Origin: a virus
Lineage: Duplodnaviria; Caudoviricetes
Length of the DNA: 64,000 nucleotides
Virus record (IMG/VR): IMGVR_UViG_3300042564_004954
Span: 4,169 to 68,168 of that record
Strand: one strand, 5' to 3'
In this document: piece after piece, positions 9,110 to 17,818 of the stretch
How positions within the stretch are numbered: the stretch's first letter is position 1
Layout of the letters: the number at the start of each line of letters is the position of its first letter
Position numbers and translations under genes: made by a program
The notes under the pieces: model-generated
Database searches by the model: none
What the model was told of the DNA's origin: nothing
The model's input: only the letters and a program-made list of their open reading frames with translations

Positions 9110-9300
9110 TTGATTTCGTAGCGATCAACAACCTCAAGCGTTTCCGCATCGAGATGGACAACGAAACCCTCTCTCCCTTTTTCAAGAGCACGTTCTTCTG
9201 TCTCTCTGTCGAGGTTTGTTTCTTTCCAACCTGGAGGTAAGCCCTTTGAGTGGACAATGATGCGGGATTGGTGAGCGATGTCTAGTTGGTATGCTCTCAT
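9106..9300 (-). CDS. hypothetical protein
   Basis: 64-aa ORF. Confidence 0.65.
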   Translation of the reverse strand: MRAYQLDIAHQSRIIVHSKGLPPGWKETNLDRETEERALEKGREGFVVHLDAETLEVVDRYEIK

Positions 9301-9427
9301 ATTTCTTTTTTTATTTCTTTTTTGCCATCGCTGCGCACTCGTTTATTCTGAACGCGCTTCCAGTATTTGCGTAAGTGTTTCCACCACTGAACGGTTGGAA
9401 CACTTCCTTTGCTTTTTGCTGAACTAC

Positions 9428-9820
9428 TCATACTGGTTCTCCTTTGTATTGGGTGTAAAGTGCGCGGACTCTGCCGTCAACAATACCAACATACTTGGCT
9501 TTGTCAATGGGTTTGTTGTAGTAATTTGAAACCGTGAAGGTTGGATTCTTGTATGGGTTGTAAGAAACAACGCTCTCGTATGTGAAAGAGCTAGGGATGA
9601 AAGGGAGTCGTTCGCCTTCAATGAAAGCATGAACATTCTTTTTCTTTTCGCGCAGCACCCTTTGCCTTCCTGCTTCACTCACCTTGAATGAAACATTGTG
9701 TAGATAGATTGTGTTTGTGTGATTAACAACCTTCCACCTGCCGTCAACCTTTTCCTGGACAGAGAAGAGTTTCTTGTGGAGGTTAAAGTAAACGCGAACT
9801 TTTTTGTTGGTAGTTTTCAT
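9428..9820 (-). CDS. conserved phage protein (VYFNLHK...GRQRVLREKKKNVHA...YNPY family)
   Basis: Recognisable widespread phage motif set. Confidence 0.85.
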   Translation of the reverse strand: MKTTNKKVRVYFNLHKKLFSVQEKVDGRWKVVNHTNTIYLHNVSFKVSEAGRQRVLREKKKNVHAFIEGERLPFIPSSFTYESVVSYNPYKNPTFTVSNYYNKPIDKAKYVGIVDGRVRALYTQYKGEPV

Positions 9821-9930
9821 GGGGATAGAGTTGCCGCTCTTATCGGGCGAGCGGCGAGCCGTCTGTCGATATTCTTTGTGCTTTTACTTGGGAGAAGTCT
9901 AGCGGGGAGAGCAGATATGTCAACTATTTT

Positions 9931-10104
9931 TTAACGATATTCGCTATCATCTTCTGGATGCCTTTGATCTGGCCCAGAGTAGTGAGGATTCTTTTCCCAT
10001 GAGTCCCAGCTTGTCAAGATCCATTGCTTATGAGGATTCTCCATGCCGAAGATTTGTTTCTGTTCTTCTATAGCTTCACGAATGATGTGTTGTCGTGCGT
10101 CCAT
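9931..10104 (-). CDS. small phage protein, leaderless
   Basis: 57-aa MDARQHII...WILTSWDSWEKNPHYSGPDQRHPE; TTGACA-16-TAGCTT-6-ATG. Confidence 0.75.
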   Translation of the reverse strand: MDARQHIIREAIEEQKQIFGMENPHKQWILTSWDSWEKNPHYSGPDQRHPEDDSEYR

Positions 10105-10166
10105 GTAAGAAAGCTAACAGAAAGATTAAGACTGTCAACTATTTTTTATTCTTTTTTATTTGGTTG

Positions 10167-10242
10167 CAACTCATTGGTTTTGAGAGAGTTACGGCTGAGG
10201 GTGGGGCCGCGCCCCGTAACCCCTTGATTTTCAAAGAGTTAC
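10167..10242 (+). repeat. tripartite repeat copy 2
   Basis: CAACTCATTG..GAGTTAC-[GGCTGAGGGTGGGGCCGCGCCCC]-GTAACCCCTTGATTTTCAAAGAGTTAC. Confidence 0.9.
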
Positions 10243-10258
10243 GAAACGAGACTTGATG

Positions 10259-10453
10259 TCACTCTGTCAAGACTTTTTCGATTTTTTGTTTAAGTTCTCC
10301 CAACATTTCTTGATGCATTGGAATGCGAACGCCAACCATGCCTTGCGTATCTATTTCATGCACACGCATCACTTGGACTTTGGAGTCCTCATGGATTGCA
10401 TCCACAAGGAACTCCCCAAGCTCGGTGTCGAGTATCGTTCGAAAGATGTTCAT
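10259..10453 (-). CDS. hypothetical protein
   Basis: 64-aa MNIFRTILD...; own promoter TTGACA-16-TAGCTT. Confidence 0.7.
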   Translation of the reverse strand: MNIFRTILDTELGEFLVDAIHEDSKVQVMRVHEIDTQGMVGVRIPMHQEMLGELKQKIEKVLTE

Positions 10454-10511
10454 CGCTTGCGACAAGCTATCACAAAGAAGACGGCTGTCAAGATTAAAAG
10501 AAGTTCGATGT

Positions 10512-11210
10512 TCATGCTGGCTCCAAAACAAAACCCGTTTCGTCTTTTTTGGCAAGACCTTTTTCTTTAAGCCCGACGATTTTTCCCTTGCCATCGAGAA
10601 AGCGGAGGTCGGTTTCGTCGCCGTCAATGACTGCATGACCATAGTATTCATTCGGCAAAGACTTGCGGAAAACCATTGCGACATTGCCACCCGAACGAAG
10701 GAAAGCGAGGGAGATTGCGCCGTTAGTTTCGGAGCGTGAAAAGGTAAGGTGATAGTTTTTCGGCATCTCACCATTGACAAAGCTGGTCATGCGTTCTGCG
10801 CTTTTGGTGTAGTCGTAGAACTGCACACTTGGGAAAGCGGCGAAAACATTTTGGCCGTTGTATTTGATTTTCTCCCATGGCAAGTCGCTTGTGAGGTTCA
10901 AGCGGAAGCAAGGTGTCATGCCTTTTTTTTCGGCAGACTTCATCGACTTTGCAACTTCTTTCCAAAGGTTGGCGAGGAAGGCTTGCTTGTCGTGAAAGAA
11001 CAAAAGAGTTTTTGCGATTCGTGCGCGTTGGACGGAAGACATTGCCCCACGCCCTGCGGTGTTGAGACAAGCGGCGGCGCAACCTTTGCTTGCGTCTTTG
11101 CATACATTAAACCCCGAAAGGTTGGCGGGTGCAAGGTGCAAGCCGTAGGTGATGAAACCCTTCTTCTCTCCCTTGCGTGTCTTGGCGTTTCCTGTGTTGA
11201 GTAGTGACAT
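10512..11210 (-). CDS. GP88-like Cys-containing phage protein
   Basis: CKDASKGCAAACL, RLNLTSD, FYDYTK, NYHLTFS, DGDETDLRFLD; leaderless start at 11210 (TTGCCA-16-TATGCT-6-ATG). Confidence 0.8.
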   Translation of the reverse strand: MSLLNTGNAKTRKGEKKGFITYGLHLAPANLSGFNVCKDASKGCAAACLNTAGRGAMSSVQRARIAKTLLFFHDKQAFLANLWKEVAKSMKSAEKKGMTPCFRLNLTSDLPWEKIKYNGQNVFAAFPSVQFYDYTKSAERMTSFVNGEMPKNYHLTFSRSETNGAISLAFLRSGGNVAMVFRKSLPNEYYGHAVIDGDETDLRFLDGKGKIVGLKEKGLAKKDETGFVLEPA

Positions 11211-11316
11211 GGCCAAAGCATAGCATCGGACGTAGCTATGGCAAGAGATTTTTTGCATATTTTTTTTATTTTTTTTTGCTTGACAAGATGCGTGTGAGTA
11301 TTTTGTCTACCATTCA

Positions 11317-11383
11317 TAAGTCATTGATTTTCAACGAGTTACGGGGCGCGGCCCCCCCGCCGCCCGTAACTGTCAAGAAAAAA
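11317..11383 (-). repeat. tripartite repeat copy 3 (inverted; one arm replaced by GTAACTGTCAAGAAAAAAA)
   Basis: TAAGTCATTGATTTTCAACGAGTTAC-[GGGGCGCGGCCCCCCCGCCGCCC]-GTAACTGTCAAG. Confidence 0.9.
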
Positions 11384-11398
11384 ATTCATTTTTTTTCA

Positions 11399-11430
11399 GA
11401 AAAAACCCCCGCCCTTTCGGGCGAGGGTTC
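11399..11430 (-). terminator. intrinsic terminator
   Basis: GCCC-TTTC-GGGC hairpin with T-run on the minus strand. Confidence 0.7.
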
Positions 11431-11443
11431 GTTTGCTTTACGC

Positions 11444-12238
11444 TTACGCTCCAACGACGACGAGCGTTTCCATTTCCTCCCCCGCATCAGCGGGATCGAT
11501 TTCGGCCTCGATGGTCGGGCGATGCCCAGCGATGCGGTCAAAGACCGATTGAGCAGTCATCGTGCGAAACGGCAACTTGGACAGATCACCGCCCTTGAGG
11601 TTTTCGGTGATGGAGTTGTAAAGCGTCCAGAGTGTGCCACCCTTGAACTCGTCATGGCGAGGGTTGCGAAACTCTTGCACAGCGGCGTAAATGTCACGAG
11701 CGGGGAACGCTTTCACATCCACAAGGTCGATAAGCAAGTCAGCGGCACGATCACGCGAGATTTCGGTTTCCTTGTAAAGCTCGATGCGCTTGCCCATGTC
11801 TGCCCAATGCGAGACAACGCGAGCGACTGCATCGGAGAGAACGCGAGGCAAGTCAGCAAGGATGTTCGTGGTGTGGCGGCGAGCCAACTTGATGTCGGAC
11901 GAGAAGCAAAGATTCTCGCAAACCATCATGCGATTCCCCACGCAAATGCTTGCGGCAAAGGACTTGTCGTGTGCGTTGCGTAGACCAAGCACGATTTGGC
12001 GATCAGAACCAGTGATGTCCGCGCCCTTGAGGGCAAACCCGCCAAAGTAGCGTTGACCACCACGAGCGAGCGAATGTTCTTCCAGCGACACTTCAAGCCC
12101 TGCGCGTCCGATTGCCTCACGAGTCATTTCGACAAGCGAGAAATGCGGGATGGGTTGGAAGCGGTCGGCGGCTTCTGGAGTTTCAACGCCCATGAGTTGT
12201 TCGGCGTTCACTTTGTTTTTTGCGATGATCAGTGACAT
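11444..12238 (-). CDS. DUF932-like phage protein
   Basis: PIPH, LGLRNAHDKS, VCENLCFS, RRHT, TLWTLYNSITE. Confidence 0.85.
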   Translation of the reverse strand: MSLIIAKNKVNAEQLMGVETPEAADRFQPIPHFSLVEMTREAIGRAGLEVSLEEHSLARGGQRYFGGFALKGADITGSDRQIVLGLRNAHDKSFAASICVGNRMMVCENLCFSSDIKLARRHTTNILADLPRVLSDAVARVVSHWADMGKRIELYKETEISRDRAADLLIDLVDVKAFPARDIYAAVQEFRNPRHDEFKGGTLWTLYNSITENLKGGDLSKLPFRTMTAQSVFDRIAGHRPTIEAEIDPADAGEEMETLVVVGA

Positions 12239-12410
12239 ATTGTTTTTTTCTATTAGTTGGAGTTGGATGCGCCATCAGCGGCGACAGGGACAAGATAGCA
12301 AAAACCCCGAACTTGTCCACACATTTTTCATTGTTTTTGTGTTTTTATTTTTTGAGCGAATCGCATTTTTTTTCTTGACAGGCGCGAACTACTATGAGTC
12401 TCGTAGATGC

Positions 12411-12486
12411 GTAACTCGTTTGTTTTCAACGAGTTACGGGCGGCGGCGGGGCCGCGCCCCGTAACTGCCTTATTTCCAACGAGTTA
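12411..12486 (+). repeat. tripartite repeat copy 4
   Basis: GTAACTCGTT-7-AACGAGTTAC-[GGGCGGCGGCGGGGCCGCGCCCC]-GTAACTGCCTTATTTCCAACGAGTTA. Confidence 0.95.
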
Positions 12487-12515
12487 GGAAGGGATCGCAC
12501 TTTGCGACCCCTTCC
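12487..12515. terminator. hairpin / probable terminator abutting repeat 4
   Basis: GGAAGGGATCGCA-CTT-TGCGACCCCTTCC. Confidence 0.55.
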
Positions 12516-12522
12516 CGTTATG

Positions 12523-12801
12523 TCAACCCACCCTTGCGAAACTTCTGATTGGATGATCGCCAACTACCTGTGGCACAAAGTCAATCGTCGGAGAGCCACC
12601 GAATTTGTTTTTGTAAGCTCGGAGAAAGGCTGTCAAGTCGCAATCTTCTTCAAGGTAGAAGTTTGATTTGTCTTGGTAGCTGTAGCGGCTTAACTTTACG
12701 CCAAGAGCTTCGACTTCTTTCTTGGGGACTTCAAGCCATCCATGTCCAGAGTCGGTGTGGAGTTTAAGGGTTAGTCTGTTTGGTGTGATTGTTGCGTTCA
12801 T
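12523..12801 (-). CDS. conserved phage protein (DSGHGWL / YLEEDCD family)
   Basis: HTDSGHGWL, SRYSY, YLEEDCD. Confidence 0.85.
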   Translation of the reverse strand: MNATITPNRLTLKLHTDSGHGWLEVPKKEVEALGVKLSRYSYQDKSNFYLEEDCDLTAFLRAYKNKFGGSPTIDFVPQVVGDHPIRSFARVG

Positions 12802-12952
12802 GCTGTTATTACTTCGTGGGAGATAGGTTGAATGATTTTGATGAGGTAGTCAATTACTTTTTGCGGTTGCTCATTAAAAAGAGGATGAGAACCATGCCGA
12901 TTGTCCATGCGATATGTAATGTGTCCATTATGAATGACAAAAACAAGATGTT

Positions 12953-13264
12953 TCATTGTTTGGAATGTTTGGTGTGAAAACCCACAAAGTCTTCCGCGAG
13001 GTTATTGATTAGTTCTTCTACAAAAGCAAAAGGGCTGGCATCGTCCATCGGGTTCAATTCAAACTTGGAGATTGCTTCCCAAGCTTCGATTTGTTTTTGG
13101 TCTTCTTGTTGATTGTCTACGCTGTATTCATCAGCGAGCAAAGCGAGTTCAAGTCTTTCGGCATTCCAATCTTGCGGCCATTTGGAGAGGAAATGTCCTG
13201 CGGCAATTAGGTATGCTTCGGCGTGGAGGGGATTGCGTGTGTCGATGTGGATGTAGTCTTGCAT
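12953..13264 (-). CDS. acidic hypothetical protein, leaderless
   Basis: 103 aa; TTGACA-17-TAACCT-6-ATG. Confidence 0.8.
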   Translation of the reverse strand: MQDYIHIDTRNPLHAEAYLIAAGHFLSKWPQDWNAERLELALLADEYSVDNQQEDQKQIEAWEAISKFELNPMDDASPFAFVEELINNLAEDFVGFHTKHSKQ

Positions 13265-13305
13265 GGCTGTAGGTTAGTTGTTTTGGGATTGCTTGTCAAC
13301 ATATT

Positions 13306-13434
13306 TTATTGCGCCAGAAAGTCTAAAAGATTTTCTTCTGGAACAAAAGATAAGAGTGCGGCTATTGCAGTTCTATCGCCCCAAGACAAGTCTTCTTCGA
13401 TTTGTTTGATTGCTTTTTCTATTAGATCGTCCAT
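13306..13434 (-). CDS. small phage protein, leaderless
   Basis: 42-aa MDDLIEKAIKQIEEDL...; TTGACA-17-TAACCT-6-ATG, promoter end identical to that of 13264. Confidence 0.7.
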   Translation of the reverse strand: MDDLIEKAIKQIEEDLSWGDRTAIAALLSFVPEENLLDFLAQ

Positions 13435-13619
13435 GGCTGTAGGTTAGTCGTTGGCGTGATGGTTGTCAAGAACGATTTTAAGATTTTCGCGGAGTTCTTC
13501 CTCGACTTCACTTTCGCCGCCAGAATATGCTTCCGCAAGCTCTAATGCTTGTTGGGCAATGTCTTTGAGCTGTTCAATTGTGTTTAGTAGTTCTTCGATT
13601 GTGGTCATGTATTTGGGGG

Positions 13620-13961
13620 TTAGTTTGTTGGGATGAATCTACGGGCAGGAATGCGGAGTGTCAAGCACCATTTTTTCCAATTCTCGCCATGAAAGTCATT
13701 GCGGCCATTTTTCTTGTGTGTGCCAAAGAATTTTGTTCTTTCGGTTATGTCAAGAGCGTGTGCAAGTTCATGCAAGAAGACTTCGGAAAACAAATGGAAA
13801 CTTTGCAGGATTTGATTTGAAAGCTCGATTCTCTTTTTTTCTATGCGATAGCAACCCAATCTTGTTTTTGTGTTTGTCCAAAGGACTGGGATGTGGGTCA
13901 TGTTATGCTGACGCAAGGTCAAGCGGATGTATTGTTCGGCTTCTTGGTGAGTGATTTTCAT
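13620..13961 (-). CDS. SprT-like zinc metalloprotease
   Basis: RLGCY, LHELAHAL, HGENWKKWC. Confidence 0.85.
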   Translation of the reverse strand: MKITHQEAEQYIRLTLRQHNMTHIPVLWTNTKTRLGCYRIEKKRIELSNQILQSFHLFSEVFLHELAHALDITERTKFFGTHKKNGRNDFHGENWKKWCLTLRIPARRFIPTN

Positions 13962-14005
13962 GCGGGGAAAGTTTGGGGGCTTTCGCCCCCTATGTCAATT
14001 ATTTT

Positions 14006-14488
14006 TTAGACATTAGCAGGAATTTCTTCGTCCTCGCCGTATTCGACAAAGTTAAAGTTTTCTTTTGCAAACTCTATGACATCAGCATCATCGACTTGGT
14101 TGTCGTCAATTTCACCTTGGGAGATGATAGCAGTCCCAGCAAACCAGCAACCAGACTCAAAGTAGTCAAGCGTGAATTGGTCATGTGGAAACATTTCAGA
14201 CAAGGCGGCAATCGCTTCGATGGGTGGACTATTAGCAGTCATAAAGGTTGCTTGAAAGTCTGCGCTTTCGGAAATGAGTTGGTCAGCAACTTCGCGTTGT
14301 TCTTGTTCGCTCAAGTCCCATTTGGTTCCCCAGTTTTGAAGTCTCCAATCATACCATCCATTGCCCTCAAGTAATTCTGGTGGTGTGGGTTTGATTTTCT
14401 CAAAAGAAAGACCATTTTCTTTTAGATAGCTTTCCAATTCTGGAGAGCAATCCATGACCGACAATTTATTTTCGTTCCAGTTAGGCAT
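14006..14488 (-). CDS. DUF1281/YubB ferredoxin-like domain protein
   Basis: MPNWNEN, WYDWRLQNWGTKWD, F.TA.SPP, ESG..FAG; TTGACT-17-TACATT-6-ATG. Confidence 0.85.
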   Translation of the reverse strand: MPNWNENKLSVMDCSPELESYLKENGLSFEKIKPTPPELLEGNGWYDWRLQNWGTKWDLSEQEQREVADQLISESADFQATFMTANSPPIEAIAALSEMFPHDQFTLDYFESGCWFAGTAIISQGEIDDNQVDDADVIEFAKENFNFVEYGEDEEIPANV

Positions 14489-14519
14489 GGCGGTAATGTA
14501 GGTTAGTGGTTGGGGTTAG

Positions 14520-14771
14520 TCAATAGGTTTTTGAAAGCAAAACAAGTGGCTTCAATGTGACAGGTCTTGCATTAACATAAAAGAAAAAACCATATTCCAA
14601 AACCTCAATGTCGCCATCGACTTTGGCAAGTGAAACATAGTCATCGCCATGATTGTCGGCAACGAATGGGCCTTCATCATCATGCCCGATAAAGTAAAGC
14701 GTATCGTTTAGATCGACAGCATAAGCGTCACTGAGTGCTTCGTGTAGTTGTTCAAGTGTGGTTGTTTGCAT
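14520..14771 (-). CDS. acidic hypothetical protein
   Basis: 83 aa with own promoter-like site. Confidence 0.75.
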   Translation of the reverse strand: MQTTTLEQLHEALSDAYAVDLNDTLYFIGHDDEGPFVADNHGDDYVSLAKVDGDIEVLEYGFFFYVNARPVTLKPLVLLSKTY

Positions 14772-14797
14772 GGCAGTAGTGTGTATTATTTTTGGGG

Positions 14798-14938
14798 TTA
14801 GTCAACAAGAAACCTGCGCTTCCATTGTGATTCTTGCACTTGCTTATCAAGCCAAGATTGTTGTTGAAAGATACGCGATCCGTAAATTGATTTGCGGTCG
14901 CGTGTGAATAGTGACAGGATGTGGTTGATGAGTTGCAT
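14798..14938 (-). CDS. small hypothetical protein, leaderless
   Basis: 46-aa MQLINHIL...; TTGACA-16-TAAGTT-6-ATG. Confidence 0.6.
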   Translation of the reverse strand: MQLINHILSLFTRDRKSIYGSRIFQQQSWLDKQVQESQWKRRFLVD

Positions 14939-15082
14939 GGGGGAAACTTAACACAAAGACGCGAGGTGTCAAATTTTATTTTCAGAATAAACTACAATTT
15001 TGTTCTTGACAAATCAACACTAGCAAATAGCAAAATAGTAAATAGCAAATCAGTTAATAGTTAATAGACTACATGGGCCGCT

Positions 15083-15158
15083 GTAAGTCATTGGTTTTGA
15101 ATGAGTTACGGGCGGGGGCGGGGCCGCGCCCCGTAACTCGCTTGTTTTCAATGAGTTA
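15083..15158 (+). repeat. tripartite repeat copy 5
   Basis: GTAAGTCATTGGTTTTGAATGAGTTAC-[GGGCGGGGGCGGGGCCGCGCCCC]-GTAACTCGCTTGTTTTCAATGAGTTA. Confidence 0.95.
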
Positions 15159-15176
15159 GAAAGGCGATGGGGCGAC

Positions 15177-15380
15177 TCAGAAGCCGCCATCGTAGCCCAT
15201 CGTGTATTCATTGTAGTCGTCTTCGGGGTAGTAGTTCCAATCCGAATCGTCGGGCTGGCGCTGGGCCTCAAGCTGGTCGAGGTGCGCGTGGTAGTCCGCG
15301 AGCGCAAGCTCGGCGGCTTCCGCAAGAGCGGCGGTGTATTCTTCGGGGGAAACTTCGGTGGCGTGGTAGGTGTTGGACAT
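15177..15380 (-). CDS. very acidic small protein, leaderless
   Basis: 67 aa; TTGCGT-16-TAATCT-6-ATG. Confidence 0.75.
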   Translation of the reverse strand: MSNTYHATEVSPEEYTAALAEAAELALADYHAHLDQLEAQRQPDDSDWNYYPEDDYNEYTMGYDGGF

Positions 15381-15424
15381 GGGAGTAGATTAATGGATTT
15401 TAAAAGAAACGCAAGAAAAACTTT

Positions 15425-15631
15425 TTATTTTCCGTGAAAAATTTTCAGATTTTCAACTCGGCTCGATGCAACCGTGCAGCGGTCGCCGCAGTATGGGTCG
15501 CGGTAAATGATGATGAACGCGCCGTCGAGAGTGTCGCGGTCGGTGACGCTTCCAGTCAGATTCATTCCGCAATAGGTGAATTGAACAAGAGTGTTGATGC
15601 GAGGGCGGGTGGTGGTGGTCGTGTTGGACAT
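15425..15631 (-). CDS. small protein, paralog of 19596..19790
   Basis: MSNTTTTTRPRIN...GSVTDR.TLDG.F.IIYRD; TTGCGT-16-TAACTT-6-ATG. Confidence 0.8.
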   Translation of the reverse strand: MSNTTTTTRPRINTLVQFTYCGMNLTGSVTDRDTLDGAFIIIYRDPYCGDRCTVASSRVENLKIFHGK

Positions 15632-15707
15632 GTAAGAAAGTTATCACAATTCGCTCGAAACGCAACAAAAAAAATCATTTTTTATGAGAAAAAAAGTTTC
15701 ACAAAAC

Positions 15708-15792
15708 TGCATTTTTTTCTTGACAGTTACGGCTGGCGGCGGGGCCGCGCCCCGTAACTCGCTGGGTTTCAACGAGTTAGAGAGTGTCAAGC
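15708..15792 (+). repeat. tripartite repeat copy 6 (85 bp identical to copy 7)
   Basis: TGCATTTTTTTCTTGACAGTTAC-[GGCTGGCGGCGGGGCCGCGCCCC]-GTAACTCGCTGGGTTTCAACGAGTTAGAGAGTGTCAAGC. Confidence 0.95.
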
Positions 15793-15822
15793 CCATAGGT
15801 TGATCGTTGGTAGGTATTTCAT
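15787..15822 (-). pseudogene. truncated mini-ORF MKYLPTINLWA ending inside repeat 6
   Basis: TGA-TATAAT 8 nt upstream of ATG; frame stops at the GCT-TGA supplied by the duplicated block. Confidence 0.45.
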
Positions 15823-15848
15823 ATGTTCTTATTATATCAGAGTTCCTA

Positions 15849-16058
15849 TTACCAGTGAGTATATTCTTTGATGATACCCTCTTCATTCAGATAGCGAGCG
15901 CACACATAAGTCTGAACGCAGCTATCATCACATGTCTCGAAAACATGAAACTTATCTTGCAACTCATACATAGCTTCGAGATACAATCTGCATGCTTCTT
16001 TTGCAGAGTTTAAGTTAGGATGAACATCATTAGGTGGCGTGGTGTTGCTGTCAGTCAT
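15849..16058 (-). CDS. hypothetical protein, leaderless
   Basis: 69 aa; TTGCGA-16-TAACTT-6-ATG. Confidence 0.75.
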   Translation of the reverse strand: MTDSNTTPPNDVHPNLNSAKEACRLYLEAMYELQDKFHVFETCDDSCVQTYVCARYLNEEGIIKEYTHW

Positions 16059-16135
16059 GCAAGAAAGTTATCACATCCCCGCGATATCGCAAGAAAAATT
16101 TTCACTTTCTGCAGAAAAAAAAACTTTCAGAAAAT

Positions 16136-16220
16136 TGCATTTTTTTCTTGACAGTTACGGCTGGCGGCGGGGCCGCGCCCCGTAACTCGCTGGGTTTCAA
16201 CGAGTTAGAGAGTGTCAAGC
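16136..16220 (+). repeat. tripartite repeat copy 7
   Basis: Identical to 15708-15792. Confidence 0.95.
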
Positions 16221-16391
16221 TTTTTCTTCTGGCAATTTCTCCCAGCAGTATTCAGCCACGCCAGCATCGTATCCTAAACGATACAAGTGGCGATCCATGT
16301 CGTCATCAAAAGTATTGTCTTCGACTCCAACAGTAAACCCATCATAGAATCCTAGTTGGTAGGCTTTTTGTAGTTCTAGTTCTTCTTTCAT
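16215..16391 (-). CDS. small acidic protein (YxxGyxxG repeats)
   Basis: 58-aa MKEELELQKAYQLGFYDG...YRLGYDAG...EEKA. Confidence 0.7.
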   Translation of the reverse strand: MKEELELQKAYQLGFYDGFTVGVEDNTFDDDMDRHLYRLGYDAGVAEYCWEKLPEEKA

Positions 16392-16411
16392 TTTTTAGTG
16401 TGTAGTTAAAA

Positions 16412-16627
16412 TCATGCGCGTTGAGTGCGCCTGTCAAGATGATTTTTGAACTTATTTCGCAGAAGATCGGCGCTTTGTTTTCTGTCAACAAAAACGCTAG
16501 CGGCCTCGCGTCCATCGCTGAAAACCAAAAGTGGGCGAGGATGTTTCATGAACTTGTGGATTTTAAGATCAAACAAGGGTGTGCGGTAGGTGGTGACGAA
16601 TGCGTTGCGTGTTATGGTGTATTTCAT
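16412..16627 (-). CDS. basic hypothetical protein
   Basis: 71 aa; TTGATA-17-TACTCT upstream. Confidence 0.7.
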   Translation of the reverse strand: MKYTITRNAFVTTYRTPLFDLKIHKFMKHPRPLLVFSDGREAASVFVDRKQSADLLRNKFKNHLDRRTQRA

Positions 16628-16666
16628 GGCGGGGAAAGAGTAAGATTTTTTTTCGAGATTATCAAC

Positions 16667-16840
16667 TTATTTTTTCATTTCGATGAAAATTCTTTGAGGA
16701 ATGAACCAGAGACTTGGGGCAACCATCATTGCAAGGAAACTATTTTGCAACCAAGCAGGGCATTCAATGAGGAAAAGTCCAGAGCCGCAAAGGATGGAGC
16801 AGGAAAGAAGGAAGAGGCTTTCGAGTATTGCGTTTTTCAT
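16667..16840 (-). CDS. small membrane protein
   Basis: MKNAILESLFLLSCSILCGSGLFLI...; own TTGACA...TATCTT promoter. Confidence 0.55.
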   Translation of the reverse strand: MKNAILESLFLLSCSILCGSGLFLIECPAWLQNSFLAMMVAPSLWFIPQRIFIEMKK

Positions 16841-16993
16841 GGCGGGAGAAAGATAAAGTTTTTGGGGCGGGTTGTCAATTTTTATTTCTGCAAGATTCTT
16901 TGTTTTGTTTTTTCTTTTTGTCTACAAAGCGAATCGTTGCAGGGGCAAAGCGGATGCGAGGCTTTGCGGGTTGGATGGTGATGGTGATGGTTT

Positions 16994-17200
16994 TCATTCT
17001 TCTGTCAAATTCTTTTCTTCAAGTATTTGCTGGCGGTCGCGCTTCTGCCGTTCAAGATCACGGAGATGGCGAATCTTTGAGGGTTGTCTCTTTATCAATT
17101 CGGACACTCGCGCTATTTCTTTGTCAATCCACGCGATTTCGGCATAGACTTGGCTGACTGGATAACTTGAGGAAATCTTTATTTTGCTTGGCGTGGTCAT
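16994..17200 (-). CDS. hypothetical protein
   Basis: 68 aa ending ILEEKNLTEE. Confidence 0.65.
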   Translation of the reverse strand: MTTPSKIKISSSYPVSQVYAEIAWIDKEIARVSELIKRQPSKIRHLRDLERQKRDRQQILEEKNLTEE

Positions 17201-17220
17201 GGTTTTATTTTATTTTGATT

Positions 17221-17376
17221 TTATGCTTCTGTCAAATTCTTTTCTTCCAGTATTGCTTCAAGAGAAGAAATTTCTTCTTCGATTCTTTCGCAACCTTCCC
17301 AGTCTGAAAATTCTTCGCAGAGTTCAAGTTGCTTGCGGAGGTTGTCGATGGCGATGACGAGCGATGTGGTAGACAT
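17221..17376 (-). CDS. small acidic protein, leaderless
   Basis: 51-aa MSTTSLVI...ILEEKNLTEA; TTGCGG-16-TACCTT-6-ATG. Confidence 0.7.
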   Translation of the reverse strand: MSTTSLVIAIDNLRKQLELCEEFSDWEGCERIEEEISSLEAILEEKNLTEA

Positions 17377-17453
17377 GTAAGAAAGGTATCACAAGCCCCC
17401 GATTCCGCAACAAAAAAAATCATTTTTTGCAGAAAAAAAACTTTCACAAAACC

Positions 17454-17524
17454 GCATTTTTTTCTTGACAGTTACGGCTGGCGGCGGGGCCGCGCCCCGT
17501 AACTCGCTCATTTTCAAGCGGTTA
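17454..17524 (+). repeat. tripartite repeat copy 8
   Basis: GCATTTTTTTCTTGACAGTTAC-[GGCTGGCGGCGGGGCCGCGCCCC]-GTAACTCGCTCATTTTCAAGCGGTTA. Confidence 0.95.
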
Positions 17525-17532
17525 TGACTTTT

Positions 17533-17576
17533 GGGTGTAGTCGCGCCCCCTACCACAGAGGCGCGACTTTTCACCC
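17533..17576. terminator. GC-rich hairpin next to repeat 8
   Basis: AGTCGCGCCCCCT-ACCAC-AGAGGCGCGACT. Confidence 0.55.
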
Positions 17577-17588
17577 ATGCCCGAAAAA

Positions 17589-17753
17589 TTATTCTTGCAA
17601 TGCGCTTTTGAAGCACCCTGCCCAAGTCAACGCGAGGCAAAGCCAAAAAACAATAAAGTTTAGATCGTGTGGTATGATGTCATACGCTCGCACAATCGAA
17701 AAAATCGCAATGTGTAAAGAAGAAAAGAAAAGACAAAGAACGGCAGATTTCAT
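17589..17753 (-). CDS. small two-TM membrane protein
   Basis: 54-aa MKSAVLCLFFSSLHIAIFSIV...FIVFWLCLALTWAGCF. Confidence 0.55.
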   Translation of the reverse strand: MKSAVLCLFFSSLHIAIFSIVRAYDIIPHDLNFIVFWLCLALTWAGCFKSALQE

Positions 17754-17818
17754 TTTTTTTTATTTTTTAAGGTTGACAAGGTGGGCCTTTTAGTGTGATG
17801 CCCAGCACGCTTCACCAC

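Noticed and set aside
15732-17484. Chi-like GCTGGCGG in repeat cores
   Set aside because: Only in three near-identical copies, mismatched to E. coli Chi, and host Chi is unknown
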